This document shows, in pieces, positions 58,001-64,000 of a stretch of DNA of 64,000 nt (position 1 is its first letter; each line of letters opens with the position of its first letter). This DNA comes from Heptranchias perlo. Its lineage: Eukaryota. The position numbers and the translations under genes are program-made. The notes under the pieces were generated by a model. That model was not told where the DNA came from. It saw only the letters and a program-made list of their open reading frames with translations, and searched no databases. Location: contig NC_090347.1 in the NCBI RefSeq assembly GCF_035084215.1, forward strand, positions 7,812,001 to 7,876,000, written 5' to 3'.

Positions 58001-61000
58001 TTTCTCTTGTCACCTTGGGGATTATTGAATACATTTTATAAAAGGTAATTGATTTTAATTAAATCAAAATTGTCATTGATTCTGCTCTTGAGATGCTCAT
58101 TAAGTAATTGGCTGTCATTTATATTGTGAATCACAGCAGTAGTCCCCAGCTGGTCCTGATTTTCTCAGTTTCGATAACCACCGTTAAAGATTTATTAACG
58201 TGAACATTTTTCAGTCTCACTGATCAAAAGCTCTGCACTCTCATTTTGAGCCACCTGTATCTACCTTTATATTTCTGTTTAAGATGATGGATAAATATTG
58301 CAGGCTCATTTTCCATGTGTAAAATCTATCTAAATACCGCGCTTTTCAAACTTCATATCTAACTTTGAAACACCTGAGTTCCATGTAATTCCTTTCCTGT
58401 TTACAAATGTTGAGGGGTTGCAGTGTATAGATGCCAGATTTTTCAAGGCTTGAAAGATTATGCCACTTTTACCACAATAAATGTGTAAATATGTGTATAT
58501 AAATATCACTTGGTTTACTGAGTATGAAAATAAAGGGAAGTCTCTTGGGGTGGGAGGGCATCCTTTGGTATGGTGGGTTTTTTTTCTGAGATCGTCATGG
58601 CTGACAGCAAATTGTGCAGATTCACCTTCAGATTGAGGGTCATTTGGCATCTCAATTGGACCCTAGGTTGCTGCTGAGAACTAAGCTGAGTGGGTTACAT
58701 CATGTCTGCTAGTGCTTTGCCCTTGAAATGAATTTGTCACCTTAACTTAAGCCTATAACGAGCCCTGTATTTTTAGTGATGAGGCTTTAATTTCGCTTTT
58801 ATGTCTTATCCTTGGGATGTGTTCACAGAAGCTATTTTTAAATAAATAACCTCAGGCCATAGACTGTAAAGGGTGAATTATTGTTGATAGGGAGATGCAA
58901 CATTCAAATTGATATAATGCATCAACATAATTATGCTGCATTTATGAATCTACACATGAATTGGTGCCCACCTGTTAAGTAAATCTGTTCGCCCTGTGCT
59001 AATACTAAAACTATTAGGAAAGTGCAGTATGGTTTCTTCATAAAGTTGTAACTAGTGTGGAAGAATCTGCTTTGAAATGGATTGTATTGTGTATATATGA
59101 TCAATGGTGTATTGTTTATAAAAGTTACTTTTGTTTGGCTAATTGAAAGGGAATAGAAAGTTAATTACAATGCTGACTTCATCACTAGTCACTTTTTCCC
59201 CCTCCAAAATGAAAATGAGAAGTGACCCTCTTGATGGCTCTCTGTTAACACTGAAAAGCTGAACTAGGGAAGGAAAATGTCTAGACTGCTGAATATTATC
59301 TGGTGACCACTGTTGGAAGTCCAGTTGCATGAGGACCGGTTCATGCTATGATGCCTTCAGTATACTGAGGTAGGAGTCGATGCCCTAAGGAGAAGGGAGA
59401 AAATTGTTACCAGTGAAGGAAAATACAAGAAAATTGAACTTTAATGCATACAACCAAAATTTACCCATGTTCCTTTAGCATTCTGGATGTAAAATTAGTC
59501 TTCCATTAATTTAAATAGGGCACTTAATTTTATTCATCCCCACTAGCAGCCATGTGATATACATAAGGAGTGGCTATTTTGAGAATTGTATGTGATTTTC
59601 CTTAGCTGTTGTCATTCATCCAGACATCATTGTACTTCTGTTGTGCACAGTGCAGTTTTTCAAATATTTTCCCATCTTTACGTGCACTAAAATAGCTCAG
59701 CTTGCATGTTTCTAAATAATCCTCTCCATAGTTTTTACTGTTTTTTGCTGAAGAGCCTGTCCTTTCAGGACCAGATATCAATATTACCGGATCTAAAATG
59801 AGAATTTGTTTGGTTTAAGAGGATAAAATTAGGAGTTCTATTGATTTACTTTGATTTACATGCTGTAAACTGAGTGTCTGTAATCCTTGAATTATCCTTT
59901 TGAGAACTTGGTCATATTGTTATTTTATTTGATTCTGGAAGTATATTAAATCCAAGGAAATCAGTTACTCTAGTCTGGTAAATGCAGCATTTACAGCTTT
60001 AGCTTGATTTGCAATTGCCATTTCAAGAGCCTGTAGTCCTTTTTGCAGGCTGTGACTGATTTTAATGTTTCTAGCCCAGTAGTTTGGCGAATGAAGATGT
60101 ATTTTCAGCTTTACCAAACTTTGTGTTGCTAATTAAATCTTGTTTCTGTACCACAAAGTTTCATACTTTTATACTTGGGAGCTGGTCCTTATTCATTTAC
60201 ATCACATCCAGAACTCTTCAGTAATGATGAAATGGTTAATCACTGTAGTGTAATAATTCTAATGTAAATATACACCAGTGAACTTTTTCCATGATCCCCA
60301 GAATACTGAAGATTGTCAAGTGACCTACATCTCACTGCGCAGTTTTTATCTTTTAGACACTGGAAAATGTTCTCGTAAAATAAATGTCAGGAAAATAATT
60401 TAAAGCATTCACTGGTGTATGTTTTTTTAGAAGTCTGCTTAAGAAACTGGGCTGGAATCAGGCATTGACAAGTCTGGAGTTAAGAACAGACATGTCATTT
60501 TAATCAATTGCACGGTACTAGTGCAGCAAAGCCAGTCACAGAAGAGAATACAAGAGACTGGTGATAGAAGCATTCCACGTGTGCAGACAAGAATTCAAAA
60601 ACCTGATCATCTTGTTTCCCTTCACAGAATAGCTAGGAGCTTGTAAGGAAATTTAGAACTGTTCCCATTGAAGGGCAAGCACCCTGAACAATCTAGCTAA
60701 CAATGGAATTGAGAACAAAGTCTAAAAATATACACTGAGGATGGATTACAGTAGGAATGCACTTTACTGTTGCATTTTTTTTCTTTTAAAAAGTTCACAC
60801 TGGTTGGAATTGAACTATTGACAAGTTAAGATGACACTTTACATTGTAAATAGATACAAGTGGCAGGGCAGTAAAGCAAAATTGGGGGTTAGCCTATCGA
60901 GTTTTACTTTTTGATTGATGTGAGCTTCTCAATTGAATTACTGCTTTATAATACATTTGCAGATATCTATGCTGTGTGGTCACGGTGGTACAGCCCATCA

Positions 61001-62539
61001 TTTTTCTTACTTAGTGGTAAGCTTTAGTTATACATCTGCGATTGCCTGTTGTGCTGTCTTACTGAAAGAGAAACATGGAAAATCTCAAAGCTGAAAAGAT
61101 CATAAGTCTACCTAGTCCACCTTCCTGCTGTCCTTGGAGTTATAAATTGTTTGTTTTTCTCCAAGATAATTGTCGAATTTGATTTGAAGAGATCTAAGTT
61201 ACTTGCCCATAAGCCCCCCAACCCCTTGATAAGCTATCCTCTTGGTAATGCTTTCATGTGTCCCACCTGAATCTCTCCCATTTCATCTTATCTTTCTGTT
61301 CTCTGGTTCTGCCATGCTATACCAAATACCACTTACTAATCCTCTACATTCCTGGGCCTTAATTTGAATTCATCGATCATGTCTCTCACTCAGTATTCTC
61401 ACTCAGTATTCTCTCCAATGGAAAAACAAAAGTTCTGAAGTGTATTCAAAGTAAAATGTGCACAAACCTACCATGGAATATTCAGTGATCTATTTGAATG
61501 TGAGACAGTAGACATACAGATGATTATCTCTAATTCAAGAATACATTCCACAAGTATTATTGCAAACACTTTCAAGAGAAGCTTTTGTTTGAGTAATTCA
61601 CTTTTCTTGTTAATGACATGCACCTGCTAAGAGGTTCTGATTTAATACATTGTATCTAATCATTAACTCTGAAAACTTGACATTTTCACCTTCACTGGGG
61701 AACCTTTTGGATGACTAATACAAAGGGGGAAAAATGTTACTGATCATTTAGATCATGGGTTGTTGGTTTGCCTTTGAAAATCTTAGGGGAAAAAAAATAT
61801 ATAAATACTATAAATTAGTGGCACCTAGTGGTAGAAATAGACTTTCTAGTTTCAGGTGGGCTTGAGTGCACTTTTATACTCAGATTTGTTTTGGGTGCTT
61901 GTTCAATGGCTATGGAATAATGCATGCCTCAGTAAAGTGATGTGCTGCCACTTGTAATCATCTATGGTATTGCTTTGATTTTAAATATTTTAACTGCATC
62001 ACAATGGAAGGAATTCTTAAAAAATCAAGATTGTTCATTTTAAGAACATAAGGCATGGAACTGGAAAAGGACATTATGCTATTTCCACGGACTGCACTAA
62101 TTTACCCTTTCATTAGACTTCTTAAGCCATCCATTTAATCTTCTGAGGGAATAACTTTTGGTGGGTAACGAATGTGCAAGTTCCAGGGGATGTTCTGTAT
62201 AAATACTGCCTGATCTCCAAAGGTAGTTGAGCAAAAAACCATAAGAATGGACTGGCTATTCCAGCGGTGCTTGCATTTGCTTCAAGTGCATCACCGTGAC
62301 TCACCAGGGTGTATCCATCTTCCTAACAAAGTAAATGGTTTTCTGATTTGCCAGGTCAACTGCCTCATCAGAAAATGATTGGTAAATAGTCACCTAACAT
62401 CAAGCCATAAGTGCTTTATATACCAAATACTGTGTCTCATCTTTAGGGAATAAAATGAAAACAAAACATGAGCATGGCTAAGCATGGGGATAAGGAAACA
62501 GGATGGGGGCAAGTCGCAGGTTGATGTTTGTGGTAGGGA

Positions 62540-62950
62540 CCTACCATTAGGACACTAACAGGTTGGTTTGCACCCTTTGTATCCACCTGCTTTTTTCTTT
62601 CAGACTCCTGGGAACTTGCGCCTACTCCACTTTGCCAGTGTTTCCCTTTTCACCTACCAATCCTCCTTTAGCTATTCACAAACTCTATTGTGGATGTCTT
62701 TTATTTCTTTGACTTCATTGTCTCTTTTTGTCCCATGCTAATATTACGTCTGCCATTTAACCATCTCCTGTTCCCACCTAAATATTTTACAGTTCATTGT
62801 TTCCTTGTGTTTTTTCTCTTTTCCTTGTTCTGTTCCTACTTAAATCTGTAATATCTTCCAGTTCTGAGGAAGGATTAAACCTACAATCCTGACTTGTCTT
62901 CTCCATAAGATGCCTGACCTGCTGAATATTTCTAGCGTTTTCTGTTTTTT
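62540..62950 (+). mobile_element. Old Penelope-like pseudo-LTR (family A), hammerhead decayed
   Basis: Pyrimidine-rich body then CAGTTCTGAGGAAGG...(GAAA lost)...GATGCCTGACCTGCTGAATATTTCTAGCGTTTTCTGTTTTT. Confidence 0.6.
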
Positions 62951-64000
62951 GGGATGAGGGAATATTTTGCTGGCGTGAAATGATCCCACAGGATTGCTTT
63001 ATCTTGCTGAACAATGTAGCTGTTCTGCTTACCAGTATCTTTGCAAGCAGGACACAAAATGGGACATGAGCCAGTGGTCAGTGGGGGGAACTGAAGGGAT
63101 GCAGAGGAGGCTATTGAAGCCTAGTCAGATTAGGATCAAGTATTCTTTTCCAATTTATTCAGAGTTGAATGTGTTTGTAAAATATATTTTACTAATTTCT
63201 GTGGAAGTCATTTATGTTTATCTTATTGCTGACTGTTTTGAATTTGATTTTTGCATTATCTGTTCGACCATTAAGGAATCAGTGGAAGGGAGTAATTTTA
63301 ATGTTGGCAAAATTTGTGTTCAGGATTTTTATCTTTAGAACACTGGATTTTAAAAAGGGAAGCATCTGCTGCCAGATGTTGCTGTGGGATTGTTGTACAT
63401 AGCATTGTTTGATTCTGTATTTGGTTATTCATGTTGTGTTTTCTAGTTCCATGGCAGCCCTCTGGTACCTTTACCCTGTAACCATTCTGTATCTTTAAGT
63501 CTAGATGGTAAATGTCAAGAGGCTGATTGATTGTGGGAACTATCACAATGGAACTTGTTCCTGTCCACTTGATGTCCCCAAACACCATCAGCAAGTGTCA
63601 CAAAGCAGGGATGAGCAGGCGTTCTTAGTTAATTCTCCCTCCCTCCCTCCCTCCCCATCCGTTCTCTGGTTTCAGCATGCCACGCTAATCAAAGTGCCCC
63701 ACTGCTGCTCCAGTTGACTCAGCATATTCCAGCTACCAAACCTAGGACCTTCCTGATCTTTATGGCTAATAAATGCTATTTTTGAAGAAAAAGTGTTTGG
63801 GAGCACAGTGAGAAATTAAAGATTTTCATTTTCTCCCTTTTGTGGTCACCAGTGCCACACAGCACCCAAAAGGGTAACGTTGCAGGCCTCTACTTTAGGA
63901 AGGCTTATATAAGTGCCCTGATGTGTAAACACTGATTTTCTTCTGTCACATCAGTACGGCATAATGAGAGTCAACATAATGAGATGGGATGCATACATCC

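Noticed and set aside
51600-64000. ARHGDIA coding exon (MAEQEPT...-like)
   Set aside because: Not found; ATGGCTGAC near 58597 translates to unrelated sequence, so the identity of the third promoter remains an inference

Overview
Eukaryotic, intron- and repeat-rich vertebrate DNA. The repeat content (SacSINE1-like Deu-domain SINEs, abundant CR1 and L2 LINEs, Penelope-type pseudo-LTRs) points to a cartilaginous fish; the species cannot be fixed from the sequence alone. Genes: (1) first coding exon of RGS9 on the minus strand (7203-7265; no further exon was found, so the rest is presumably left of the window); (2) a complete six-exon ALYREF/THOC4 gene on the plus strand (15442-23404, 264 aa), head-to-head with RGS9; (3) a third CpG-island promoter with a probable non-coding first exon (~50870-51096) followed by a 35-bp minisatellite, inferred from synteny to be ARHGDIA (no coding exon in the window). 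Most listed ORFs are transposon-derived or spurious. Notable items: a perfect 149-bp-arm Penelope palindrome with two minimal hammerhead ribozyme motifs and a 13-bp TSD, a second dispersed hammerhead-bearing repeat family, an internally deleted Harbinger nested in a CR1, a 5'-truncated CR1 with an uninterrupted ~885-codon ORF2, a Tx1-like insertion with a 9-bp TSD, and an RGS9-ALYREF gene order unlike human that may mirror the RGS11-ARHGDIG paralogon. I found no well-supported wholly new biological system. All calls were made by eye; repeat family names and boundaries are approximate unless TSD/TIR coordinates are given.
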